From Candidatus Pacebacteria bacterium GW2011_GWA1_46_10 (GTDB lineage: Bacteria > Patescibacteriota > Microgenomatia > UBA1400 > PJMF01): 64,000 bases of DNA. Location: contig LCLP01000002.1 in assembly GCA_001002135.1 (NCBI GenBank), positions 2,520 through 66,519 on the forward strand. The letters run 5' to 3'. Within the stretch, counting starts at the first letter, position 1. Every line of letters begins with the position of its first letter. The notes beneath the pieces are model-generated. The model was not told the DNA's origin, searched no databases, and saw only the letters and a list, made by a program, of their open reading frames with translations. Of this stretch, positions 19,850-28,838 are shown in pieces. A program made the translations under genes and the position numbers.

Positions 19850-19920
19850 TGCCCGATCGTCTAATGGCAGGACAGCGGCCTTTGAAGCCGTGAATCTAGG
19901 TTCGAATCCTAGTCGGGCAT
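19850..19920 (+). tRNA. tRNA-Gln (anticodon TTG)
   Basis: Acceptor tgcccga/tcgggca, 3-bp D-stem gtc/gac, anticodon arm gcggc-ctttgaa-gccgt (TTG), T-arm ctagg-ttcgaat-cctag. Confidence 0.75.
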
Positions 19921-19923
19921 CAA

Positions 19924-20139
19924 ATGAAACTAGGAAAATATCAACATTCTAAAACCGGAAATTTTTACAAAGTTATTGCTGTCGTGAGGCACTCTGAAAC
20001 ACTTGAGGAGTTTGTATTCTACGAAGCCTTGTATAAAAATCCAGTAAGTAAATTTTGGGTAAGGCCTTTAAAAATGTTTTTAGAAAAGGTAGAAATAAAT
20101 GGGGAAAGGGTTCCGCGATTTAAGTATATTGAAATATAG
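19924..20139 (+). CDS. DUF1653-family small protein
   Basis: GKYQHSKTGNFYKVIAV...EEFVFYEALYKN...WVRPLKMFLEKVEINGERVPRF matches the DUF1653 pattern. Confidence 0.5.
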   Translation: MKLGKYQHSKTGNFYKVIAVVRHSETLEEFVFYEALYKNPVSKFWVRPLKMFLEKVEINGERVPRFKYIEI

Positions 20140-20191
20140 TTATGAGGTCTAAACGGGCCTAGACCGATATGCTCAGCCAGTTTAATAATCT

Positions 20192-20848
20192 ATGAACACA
20201 GAACAGTTACTCTCACAAGGTTTATCTATTTATTGTGAGAAGGGAGTGGGAAACCTAGCAACCCAGCCCTTAAACGCACTTTCCAACTTAGCAATTTTCA
20301 TCTCTGCATACTTTTCTTACCGGCTGGTTGTTTCTAGTGGCACTAAGAGTCGAGTGGTTCGTTTATTACCTTTAATCCTGATTCTCATTGGATTGGGCAG
20401 CGCTCTCTGGCATGGCGCACCTCACTACTTAACCAACTGGGCTGATACGCTCTCCATTGCCATTTTTCTGCTTTTTGTTTTTTATTATTTACTTGGCAAG
20501 TTATTTTCCGAAAAGGAATATGTCTTGTTAGTACTTCTTGTTTTCTTAGCAGTAGAAGCACCTTTCATTTTTGGCATTTTTCCGTCACTTAATGGTTTTA
20601 TCTCATACGTTATTGCACTCCTCTTTGCCTTGTCAATTCTGTTCTCCGTGCTAAAAAAATATAAGCTGTCTTTGAAACTCCCTGCCGTCATCATCACCCT
20701 GTTTTTGACGGCTTTCTTTTTCCGAACGACCGATATCTATTTATGTGGAATGTTCCCTGTTGGTACGCATTTTCTGTGGCATATCCTCAATTCATTCATG
20801 TTTTACTTAGTCGTTAAGCTGATGATTGTTTTAGAAAAAGCGAGATGA
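20192..20848 (+). CDS. alkaline-ceramidase-like (CREST superfamily) 7TM hydrolase
   Basis: N-terminal YCEKG...NALSNLAIF (ceramidase YCE / NxxSN motifs). C-terminal HFLWH (HxxxH metal-binding motif in the last TM). About 7 TM helices. Confidence 0.5.
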   Translation: MNTEQLLSQGLSIYCEKGVGNLATQPLNALSNLAIFISAYFSYRLVVSSGTKSRVVRLLPLILILIGLGSALWHGAPHYLTNWADTLSIAIFLLFVFYYLLGKLFSEKEYVLLVLLVFLAVEAPFIFGIFPSLNGFISYVIALLFALSILFSVLKKYKLSLKLPAVIITLFLTAFFFRTTDIYLCGMFPVGTHFLWHILNSFMFYLVVKLMIVLEKAR

Positions 20849-20927
20849 GGCAGGCGTTATAATAATAGGAAGTGTCTAGACCGAGCTGCTCATCAAATTC
20901 TTGTTATAATCACTTTTAACAATCACT

Positions 20928-21206
20928 ATGGAAAACTCCTTCCGCACCACTCTCCAAAAATACGAAAAAGCCATTGGCACTACTGCCTCGGTGCTGGCCA
21001 CCATTATGTTCATTTCTCTCATCGAGGTGCTGGTTACCAACTTTAGAGGTGAAACTAATACCATTGTGCTCCCCACCGCCACCGCCTTTAACGGTCTGTT
21101 TTGGACCCTCTATGGCTACAGTAAAAAAGACCTGATTATCATCATCCCCAACTCCATTGGTTTAATTTTAGGTTTACTGACCGCCATAGCAGCCTTCATT
21201 TCATAA
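20928..21206 (+). CDS. SemiSWEET / PQ-loop (MtN3-like) 3-TM transporter
   Basis: 92 aa with 3 TM helices and LPTATAFNGLFW (PQ-loop-like). The size fits a bacterial SemiSWEET. Confidence 0.45.
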   Translation: MENSFRTTLQKYEKAIGTTASVLATIMFISLIEVLVTNFRGETNTIVLPTATAFNGLFWTLYGYSKKDLIIIIPNSIGLILGLLTAIAAFIS

Positions 21207-21212
21207 GATAGT

Positions 21213-21659
21213 ATGGTAAAAATCTTGTCACACCAAGAGTTTCTCAAAACCTTTATCAACGTGCCGCGGGTGTCGGTCAATTTATTAATTGAAGATAAAC
21301 AAGGAAAACTGCTTTTAACCCAGCGCGCCATCACCCCCGGAGTAGGGAAGTGGCATTACCCTGGAGGATTCTTACTCAAAGGGGAAACAATCGAAGCCTG
21401 TCTCAAGCGATTAGCTAAGCGCGAGTTTAACTATGACCTCAAAGAAGCCCCTGAGTTTGTCGGCGTCTTTGAAAATCTAGCCGGTGACCCCCGCGGCCAC
21501 GTCATTGATCTGATGTATCGGTTAAAACTCAATCACCAAATCCCACTCAACGCTACCACCGAGACCAAAGCCGCTCAGTATTTCGATCGCATCCCCAAAG
21601 AGATTGGTTTTAATCACCACGAAACGCTGTTAAAATTGGGCTACAAAGTGGAGGAATAG
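21213..21659 (+). CDS. NUDIX hydrolase
   Basis: Nudix-box-like GGFLLKGETIEACLKRLAKREFNYDL. Confidence 0.65.
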   Translation: MVKILSHQEFLKTFINVPRVSVNLLIEDKQGKLLLTQRAITPGVGKWHYPGGFLLKGETIEACLKRLAKREFNYDLKEAPEFVGVFENLAGDPRGHVIDLMYRLKLNHQIPLNATTETKAAQYFDRIPKEIGFNHHETLLKLGYKVEE

Positions 21660-21668
21660 GAGTCTATC

Positions 21669-22925
21669 GTGAGCAAACAAAATTTCTACCAACAACTGCA
21701 AGCCGAAGTAAAACGCATCGACGCAGCCCACACCACCAAACGAGAGGAAGTGATTATCGATGGTTTCCAGTTTAAACCATCAGTTCACGCCCTCATTAAA
21801 GGTAAACCATTTCTAGTTTTTAACTCCAACGATTACCTTGGTCTGCGCCATCACCCGCAATTGGTACAAGCTGAGCATCAAGCCACCGACCAGTATGGCA
21901 CTGGTCCTGGGGCAGTCAGGTTTATTTCCGGCTCACTTAAAGTCCACCGTGACCTGGAAAAAGCGCTGGCCAAATTTCACCACCGCGACGACGCCATTAT
22001 TTTCTCCTCTGCCTTTGCCGCTAACCTCGCAGTACTGTTTTCACTGATCAAAGGCCAAAGCAGAGACTCACTGGTTGACGACAGCGTGATTGTCATTTCC
22101 GATGAGCTCAATCACCGCAGTATCATCGATGGGATTCGCTTGGCCAATTTAGCCAAAGAGCAAAAAGCCATTTTCAAACACATGAATGCTGATCACCTGC
22201 GACAGGTCTTGCAAACCAACGTCGGTAAATTCAAACGAGCGCTGATCGTGACTGATGGTATTTTTAGTATGTTGGGTGAATACCAAGACCTGAAAAAACT
22301 GCGCACTGTGATTGACAAATTTGATGACCAATACGAACTCGGTGTGTTGCTCGTGGTGGATGACGCCCATGGCGTTGGCGCCTTTGGCAAAACCGGCCGC
22401 GGCACTGAAGAAGTCTCCGGCGCGCCGGCCGATGTGCTAATCGGTACGATGGGTAAAGCGTTTGGTAGTGATGGAGGCTACGTGGTGGGTGAACAAACCG
22501 TGATCGATTACCTGCGCGAGTCTGCTGCCACCTATATTTATTCCAATAACGTCACACCAGGCACCGCCGCGGCCGCCCTGACCGCGGTCAAATTACTAGA
22601 TACTACGGAGGGTAAAAAGATTCTGCAGTCCTTAGTTGATAACATCACTTATCTCAAAAAAGGTCTCTTGAAACTTGGCTATCAATTCGCCGTCCAGTCA
22701 ACACACCCCATTCAAGCCATGCTCATCGGAGACACTACTAAAACCAAAGCCCTCAAACAAGCACTACACAAACAAGGCATCTTGGTCACTAATATTAACT
22801 ACCCAGTGGTGCCACCCGGCAGAGATGAAATCAGAGTCCAACTGAGTGCCGTCCACTCGCGAGCAGACCTGGATCAGTTCCTCAAAGCCACTCAAACCGC
22901 TGGCAAAAAGTTAGGCTTAATCTAA
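21669..22925 (+). CDS. kbl: 2-amino-3-ketobutyrate CoA ligase (glycine C-acetyltransferase), alpha-oxoamine synthase family
   Basis: Collinear with E. coli Kbl: FYQQL at the N-terminus, VFNSNDYLGL, VRFISGS, PLP lysine region TMGKAFGSDGGY, C-terminal IRVQLSAVHS. Confidence 0.75.
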   Translation: MSKQNFYQQLQAEVKRIDAAHTTKREEVIIDGFQFKPSVHALIKGKPFLVFNSNDYLGLRHHPQLVQAEHQATDQYGTGPGAVRFISGSLKVHRDLEKALAKFHHRDDAIIFSSAFAANLAVLFSLIKGQSRDSLVDDSVIVISDELNHRSIIDGIRLANLAKEQKAIFKHMNADHLRQVLQTNVGKFKRALIVTDGIFSMLGEYQDLKKLRTVIDKFDDQYELGVLLVVDDAHGVGAFGKTGRGTEEVSGAPADVLIGTMGKAFGSDGGYVVGEQTVIDYLRESAATYIYSNNVTPGTAAAALTAVKLLDTTEGKKILQSLVDNITYLKKGLLKLGYQFAVQSTHPIQAMLIGDTTKTKALKQALHKQGILVTNINYPVVPPGRDEIRVQLSAVHSRADLDQFLKATQTAGKKLGLI

Positions 22926-22931
22926 AAAAGT

Positions 22932-23159
22932 TTAGCGACGAGCCCGGCGCACGGCTTTTCGAGCAGTAGCCCGGCCTTTTTTCACCGCTTTTTTGGCTTG
23001 AGCGACGACTTTCCGTTTAGTAGTCTTTGCTTTGGCCGCCATCTTGCGTGCCTCACGACCGACCGCTTCACGGTTTTTCTTGCTGGACAAAAATACTGCC
23101 GCCGCACCGACAGTCATCCCAGTTAATAACGCGAGTAAACTACGACCTTTCTTAGCCAT
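22932..23159 (-). CDS. small membrane-anchored Lys/Ala/Arg-rich protein (75 aa)
   Basis: N-terminal TM helix (LLALLTGMTVGAAAVFL) followed by a highly basic tail. No family assigned. Confidence 0.35.
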   Translation of the reverse strand: MAKKGRSLLALLTGMTVGAAAVFLSSKKNREAVGREARKMAAKAKTTKRKVVAQAKKAVKKGRATARKAVRRARR

Positions 23160-23209
23160 GGTTTCCTTTGCTGTTGTTATTACTAATAAAAAGTATACAC
23201 AATTTAAAA

Positions 23210-24616
23210 TTACTTCGGAACCCGAATCAGCGACAAACTGTTTGTCAGTCCCGGTGTCTTCCAGATTGAGCCGTAAATAATTAATACCGTTTTGCCCGGC
23301 TCAACAATATTTAATTCCCGCAACTTTTGAGCAATTACTTCCGGTTCTTGGACCCCGCCGACCGGAAACTCCATGATGTGCGGCATCACCCCAAAGTAGA
23401 GCGCCAGTTTACGATAGGTTTGTTCATTACTGGTCAGCGCGTGAATCGGTACTTTTGGTCTAAAGCGAGAGAGCAACCCAGCTGTCGTGCCGATTTCGGT
23501 CAAACAAATAATACTATCAATCGCTTCAGCGCGATGTTGGATGAGGTACATCGCGGCGTGAGTAACCCCGCTGGGGTTGTTGTCATCCAGCCAATCTTCT
23601 AAATATGACTCCACATACGGCTCGTTAAACGCCGCAATCTTGGCTTGGGTCTCTACTGCCTTCACCGGATACTTGCCAATCGTTGTTTCCTCAGAAAGCA
23701 TCACCGCACTGGTGCTGTCATAAACGGCGTTAGCCACGTCACTGACCTCGGCACGCGTCGGTCGTGGTTCTTCCACCATCGATTTAAGCATCTGAGTGGC
23801 CGTGATCACCGGTTTGGCTAACAATCGACATTTGGCAATAATGAGCTTTTGCCAAAAGGCCAGTTGCTCAAACGGCACTTCCACTGCCAAGTCGCCGCGC
23901 GCCACCATCACCGCGTCACTCTCACGGATAATCTCATCAATATTGTCCAGCGCCGCTTGGTTTTCGATTTTAGCCACAATGCCGGATTTCAAGCCGCGCT
24001 TATCAAGTTCTCCTCGCAAAATCTCAATGTCTTTTTTATCCCGCACATAGGACAAACCAACATAATCCACTGCTGACTCAACTGCCCCATCCAACTGCAC
24101 CAAGTCTGCCGCAATCAGTGAAGGCATATCAATCGAAACGCCGGGAGTGTTCAAGCTTTTGTGTGGTTTCACTTCACACTGGTTATGAGCTCTCACCCGC
24201 AACTGCTGCGCTTCTTTCCCAACCACAGTAAACTCACACGCGCCATCATCCAAGAGCACCGTACTATTTGGTTTCAAAGTTTCCACCACTTGTTGGGGAA
24301 CAAAAACCGTTTTACCACTGACTTGGCGTTGGTCAGCGGAGAGTAATAATTCCTCGCCAGCAGCCAACGAAAAGCCTTTGTCAGCCGGCAACCAGATGCG
24401 AATTTCCGGACCTTGCAGGTCTAATAACACCGCTATTGGTTGCTGCAATCGTTGAGCAATATTTCTGACTCGACGAATCCGCTCCCGATGCCACTCTGGC
24501 GTGCCGTGCTTGGTGTTAAACCGCGCCACATCCATCCCGGCCAGCATCAGTTGTTCAATGACTGGTTCCGACTCAGTGGCCGGGCCGATGGTAGCGACGA
24601 TCTTCGTCAGTTTTTT
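23210..24616 (-). CDS. pyk: pyruvate kinase
   Basis: MKKLTKIVATIGPAT N-terminus and the K+/Mg2+ site region MVARGDLAVE. Length about 469 aa. Confidence 0.85.
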   Translation of the reverse strand, partial: KKLTKIVATIGPATESEPVIEQLMLAGMDVARFNTKHGTPEWHRERIRRVRNIAQRLQQPIAVLLDLQGPEIRIWLPADKGFSLAAGEELLLSADQRQVSGKTVFVPQQVVETLKPNSTVLLDDGACEFTVVGKEAQQLRVRAHNQCEVKPHKSLNTPGVSIDMPSLIAADLVQLDGAVESAVDYVGLSYVRDKKDIEILRGELDKRGLKSGIVAKIENQAALDNIDEIIRESDAVMVARGDLAVEVPFEQLAFWQKLIIAKCRLLAKPVITATQMLKSMVEEPRPTRAEVSDVANAVYDSTSAVMLSEETTIGKYPVKAVETQAKIAAFNEPYVESYLEDWLDDNNPSGVTHAAMYLIQHRAEAIDSIICLTEIGTTAGLLSRFRPKVPIHALTSNEQTYRKLALYFGVMPHIMEFPVGGVQEPEVIAQKLRELNIVEPGKTVLIIYGSIWKTPGLTNSLSLIRVPK

Positions 24617-24711
24617 CATTTTTTTCCGTGGGAACACGGGCAGTACTCATTTTTATTATAATACGCGTTTCACAAAATAGGTGGGAATACCTTACAATAG
24701 GGAACGTTTTG

Positions 24712-25380
24712 ATGAAAAAAATCAATTTACACGTTCAAAAAATGGATGTACTCGTCGCGCTCTACGTTTTTTGCGTGCTGATAGCGGAACTGATGGGCGG
24801 CAAAACTATTCCTTTAGTAAAGCTCGGGGGATACCAACTGAACGCTAGTGTGGCTATTTTTGTCTTTCCGCTGATTTTTACGATCAACGACGTCATTACG
24901 GAAGTGTTTGGAAAAGAGCGCACTAGAAGCGTTATCCGCGCAACCTTAATGATGGTTTTTTTGGTCATTATGGCTTCGCTTTTCTTTACAGCTCTCCCGC
25001 CTTCTACTCGCTTTACAGCGACAGAAGCCGCCTATGATCAAATCTTTCGCATCTCAGCTCGCATTGCCGCCGCCAGCTTAACCGCTTTTGCCATCGCCGA
25101 GTTTACCGACGTGCTAATTTTTAATAAAATCCGTCAGCGATTAGGAAAAAAGGCGCTGTGGTTGCGAAACAACGTCTCCAATTTTGTAGCGCAGTTTGCC
25201 GACACCACCCTGTTTATTACTTTAGCGTTCTACAACTTCGCTCTGCCGTTTCAGAGTAACTGGAGTTTTTTATTGAGCCTCATTTTGCCCTACTGGCTGC
25301 TAAAATGTTTCGTGTCAGTGGTTGAAACCCCATTTGTCTATTGGGGCGTAGCGTGGCTCAAGAAGGATAAACAGTCATGA
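24712..25380 (+). CDS. yhhQ: queuosine-precursor transporter, YhhQ/VUT family (DUF165)
   Basis: 6-TM protein with FVFPLIFTINDVITEVFG, the typical YhhQ motif. Start at MKKINL. Confidence 0.6.
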   Translation: MKKINLHVQKMDVLVALYVFCVLIAELMGGKTIPLVKLGGYQLNASVAIFVFPLIFTINDVITEVFGKERTRSVIRATLMMVFLVIMASLFFTALPPSTRFTATEAAYDQIFRISARIAAASLTAFAIAEFTDVLIFNKIRQRLGKKALWLRNNVSNFVAQFADTTLFITLAFYNFALPFQSNWSFLLSLILPYWLLKCFVSVVETPFVYWGVAWLKKDKQS

Positions 25381-25907
25381 AAATTATTTTGGCCATGGTT
25401 GAATCGGTTGATGGGAAAACCACCCATGGCGATGACTCAAGAGTTTTTCGCTGGACTTCCAAAGAAGACCAGGAACACTTCAAAAGATTGGTCAATCAAG
25501 CCAAATTGATTGTGATGGGGAGTAAAACATATGAAGCAGCCAAAAAAATGTTGCAGCATCAACCAGGCAAACTACGAGTAGTTTTCACTCACAACCCAGA
25601 AAAGTACGCCGACCAAGCTATTCCAGGTCAACTGGAATTCACTAACGAAACTCCGCAGGTTTTGGTTGATCGTCTAACCCAGCAAGGTTACGACGAACTC
25701 CTTTTGGCTAGTGGTGCCCAGGTTAATGGTTTATTCTTTGACGCCGGTTTGGTTGACGAAATTTTTCTCACCATCGAGCCAAAGTTACTTGGTATAGGTA
25801 ATCCGATGGCTATCCAAAAAAACATCATTAATCTCACACTACTTAACGTCGAAAAACTCAATGAGCGGGGTACACTGTTACTACACTACACAGTCAACAA
25901 GTCCTAA
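25377..25907 (+). CDS. RibD C-terminal-domain / dihydrofolate-reductase-like reductase
   Basis: MKIILAMVESVDGKT...IVMGSKTYE matches the RibD_C/DHFR-like fold signature. Confidence 0.55.
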   Translation: MKIILAMVESVDGKTTHGDDSRVFRWTSKEDQEHFKRLVNQAKLIVMGSKTYEAAKKMLQHQPGKLRVVFTHNPEKYADQAIPGQLEFTNETPQVLVDRLTQQGYDELLLASGAQVNGLFFDAGLVDEIFLTIEPKLLGIGNPMAIQKNIINLTLLNVEKLNERGTLLLHYTVNKS

Positions 25908-25910
25908 ATC

Positions 25911-27827
25911 TTACTCCTTATAAGTGTCTTCTTTTCTGGCGTAGACTCCAACCACGTATAATCTACCGTCTTCCCTCAGCTCAGCGATTACCCGATGCCG
26001 ACGACCGATCTTCAATCGGTATAAGTCAAAGCCATCTTTTGATTGATAACTGACAATTTTTCTCAGTGAGAGTAAGCCCTGATTATAAAGTTCAATTTTA
26101 CTTGTTAAATAATCTGCCGTCATCCCCGGCGGAAGTTCTTGTAAAACCTCGCGAGGTAAAATCATTTCCGGTCGCACCAACTTGGCTTCATACTCTCTTC
26201 GCAGTGAGGGTGAAACAACGTCCTCTTCAGCTGAATTTTTATTCGATCTGGCTCGTTTTTTCGAAGAAACACTGACAGCAACTCCTTTTTTCTTTGCTAC
26301 CGACACTACTTGTGGTTGGCCATTTCCCCTCTTAGCTGTCTCTTGCTGTTTCTTCACCGTTTCTTGCAACAAATCAGTCGCCAGCTTGACTAGAGCTTTG
26401 TGAACATTTTCATAAGTTTCGCTTTCTTCATCAAAATCGATCGCTAACACTTGCAAGACAAACTGTGGTTTTTTATCCTTGGTAATTTCCAACATAAATG
26501 AGATTTTCTTTGCCATACCTTCAACATTAATAAACTCAATCGAGATCAAAAAAGTCGGTGGATTTAATTCCAATTGTGACCGAAAAAGAGTTGTTTTATT
26601 TCCCGGCAAAAAATTCTCACTCAAACGGTTAAGAATCTCATCTTCAAGATGTATCTCTTTCTCTGAGAATTCCCCCACCGTTTGCCAATACTTTTCCCAA
26701 GTAGTTTGTAACTTAGCTTCTAACTGTTCTAGTGACTCAGCTGGGATTTTTAAAACTTTGGCACAAGCTGAAAGTAAAAGTTCTGGCCCATGATTTAAGC
26801 CTCTAGCGGTATCAAGAATCTTTTGAATAAAATCGTGGTACCACGGATCATTTGTTTCTTCCACATAATCCAACAGCGAGTTTAAAACATTGACAATACC
26901 ATTTTCTGTATTAGCCATTTCTCGATTCGCTAGCGAGACAGTCAACACTTTCGGAAAATCATACGTCTGACGCTGTTGATACATTTGCTCCAACGTCTCC
27001 AATAACCACCTGGCCGCGGCATGTTTTTCATCCCCAGGTTTTTTGATGGCGCCAAACACTTCCTCAAAATAACTGGAGAATGACTTCATAAAATGAATCT
27101 CGGCTGTACCCATGTGAAACTTCTTGCCGGTTTTTGTATGGCGCAGGGGAGGTATTTCATCTGATATCATTTGTTTAAAAATCTCTTGAAATGTTGACAG
27201 ATTAATATCTAAAAGATACGGGATTACTTCATCCAACAAACTCCAGTAAGAGTAGTTTTCTTCTCTTTCACAGATCCTTACCAGACACTCGGTTAAAAAC
27301 TGATATTCTTCCAGACTCAGTGGTTGTTTTCCTTTTGACACAAACGCCTGCTGAAAAACCTCAATCGGAAAGAGTGCGGCGGCTTGAAGTGACTGCCACG
27401 ACGCCGGCAGGGGATGAGTAAAGCCTTTTAACTCCAAACCAGGGCCATACAACCAAGTCGGAGTATGATAAGCCGCAATGTCCATCAAGATTTTTTCAGC
27501 TCTATTGAGTAAGCGCAGCCCCTCACCCGTGTTTTTTCTACTCATTTTTTCTAGTTCACTTCTGACTGCATTGAAAAGACTGTTAAAATCTTTCGCAATT
27601 TGTAAATCAAGGGCAATATTTTGCAGTCCCTGAATCCTGGCTTTGAGGTCGTTGGTTTCTGTGAGATTGTTTAAAGAAGAGTCATGTCTTACTTCAACCT
27701 TTTCGCGTAGCTGCCGCCAAAATGGCGCCAGTAGCGGCAGTTCCTTGGTCATCTCCTCTGTTGACTCCAGTAATAAATCATTATTTTTTTTCCACACCGC
27801 TTTGACTTCATCTTCTTCACGTGACAT
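25911..27827 (-). CDS. large hypothetical protein (about 640 aa) with a C-terminal RelE/ParE-like domain
   Basis: Helical N-terminal roughly 530 aa with no recognised family. Lys/Ser-rich basic linker (KKKGVAVSVSSKKRARSNKNS). The last roughly 95 aa (LPREVLQELPP...DLYRLKIGRRHRVIAELREDGRLYVVGVYARKE) follow the RelE/ParE toxin-fold pattern. Start set at ATG 27827; the track ORF extends to a TTG at 27899. Confidence 0.5.
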   Translation of the reverse strand: MSREEDEVKAVWKKNNDLLLESTEEMTKELPLLAPFWRQLREKVEVRHDSSLNNLTETNDLKARIQGLQNIALDLQIAKDFNSLFNAVRSELEKMSRKNTGEGLRLLNRAEKILMDIAAYHTPTWLYGPGLELKGFTHPLPASWQSLQAAALFPIEVFQQAFVSKGKQPLSLEEYQFLTECLVRICEREENYSYWSLLDEVIPYLLDINLSTFQEIFKQMISDEIPPLRHTKTGKKFHMGTAEIHFMKSFSSYFEEVFGAIKKPGDEKHAAARWLLETLEQMYQQRQTYDFPKVLTVSLANREMANTENGIVNVLNSLLDYVEETNDPWYHDFIQKILDTARGLNHGPELLLSACAKVLKIPAESLEQLEAKLQTTWEKYWQTVGEFSEKEIHLEDEILNRLSENFLPGNKTTLFRSQLELNPPTFLISIEFINVEGMAKKISFMLEITKDKKPQFVLQVLAIDFDEESETYENVHKALVKLATDLLQETVKKQQETAKRGNGQPQVVSVAKKKGVAVSVSSKKRARSNKNSAEEDVVSPSLRREYEAKLVRPEMILPREVLQELPPGMTADYLTSKIELYNQGLLSLRKIVSYQSKDGFDLYRLKIGRRHRVIAELREDGRLYVVGVYARKEDTYKE

Positions 27828-27884
27828 AGCTTCATTATAAATGCAAGTACCCCAGAGATAAAATGAACCTGATACAATCTGAGT

Positions 27885-28838
27885 ATGTCTCGGCCCCAAC
27901 TAATTCTCGCCGGCTCAATCGCCATTGATCGAATCATGAACTTTAAAGGTAAGTATCGGGATCTGATTCAACCAGAAAAAGTGCACGTGCTCTCGATTAG
28001 TGTGCTGGTCGATAAGCTCCAACATTCACACGGCGGCACTGGTGCCAACATCGCTTATAACCTTGCTCTGCTGGGAGAACAACCAATCTTACTGAGTGCG
28101 GTTGGTCCGGAAGCTGGTGATTATTTGAAAAAACTGCAACAATTAGGGGTTGATGTTTCCCATGTTTATATCAGCACCTTGCCAACAGCGAGCTTTAGTA
28201 CACTGACTGACTCTGAGGACAATCAAGTGGGTGGATTTTATCCAGGGGCCATGAGCGATTCAGCGACTCTGTCACTCATTCCTTGGAAAAACCAAGCTGT
28301 ACTGGCCGTCATTTCGGCTCATGACCCGTCAGCTATGCGCCAACAAGTGGAGGAGTGCACCCAAAATAGCATTCGCTATGTCTATGACGTCGGCCAACAA
28401 GTAGCGACCTTGCCCAAAGAAGACTTGTTGACTGGCATCCAGGGGGCAGAGCTCTTGTTTGCCAACGACTATGAACTTGGTTTAATCAGCCAAAAAATTA
28501 ACCAACCGGAATTCACGCTGATGAGCGCCGTGCCAATTTGTGTCACCACCCTTGGTGGCAAGGGCTGCCGAATCACCGGCCAGAAAGTCCCGGAAACACT
28601 CAATGTGCCAGCAGTACCGGGAGTCAAGGTAATTGACCCCACCGGTGCCGGTGACGCTTTCCGCGCCGGCTTCTTATTTGGCTACGTTCGCGACCTCCCA
28701 CTCGAAAAATGTGCTAAACTCGGGTCGGTGGTGGCCAGTTTCGCTATTACCGAGCATGGCACCCAAGAGCATTCGTTTACACTGAAGGATTGCCAAACTA
28801 AATACAATCAAGTCTACAAAGAAAAACTTGAGCTATGA
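27885..28838 (+). CDS. PfkB-family carbohydrate/nucleoside kinase (probable adenosine kinase)
   Basis: Ribokinase-like GG and DPTGAGDAF motifs. Translationally coupled to ahcY. Confidence 0.7.
   Translation: MSRPQLILAGSIAIDRIMNFKGKYRDLIQPEKVHVLSISVLVDKLQHSHGGTGANIAYNLALLGEQPILLSAVGPEAGDYLKKLQQLGVDVSHVYISTLPTASFSTLTDSEDNQVGGFYPGAMSDSATLSLIPWKNQAVLAVISAHDPSAMRQQVEECTQNSIRYVYDVGQQVATLPKEDLLTGIQGAELLFANDYELGLISQKINQPEFTLMSAVPICVTTLGGKGCRITGQKVPETLNVPAVPGVKVIDPTGAGDAFRAGFLFGYVRDLPLEKCAKLGSVVASFAITEHGTQEHSFTLKDCQTKYNQVYKEKLEL

Noticed and set aside
20192-22925. Possible sphingolipid mini-cluster (ceramidase-like hydrolase near an alpha-oxoamine synthase that could be serine palmitoyltransferase).
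   Set aside because: The AONS-family protein is collinear with glycine C-acetyltransferase Kbl (FYQQL, VRFISGS, IRVQLSAVHS). It has no SPT-specific features, and two unrelated genes separate it from the ceramidase-like gene.
24637-24711. preQ1 riboswitch upstream of the YhhQ-type queuosine-precursor transporter.
   Set aside because: Only a short hairpin (ccgtgggaacacgg) and a TATTATAAT promoter are present. The space of about 27 nt before the ATG is too short, and no preQ1-I/II consensus (A-rich tail pairing to loop) is visible.
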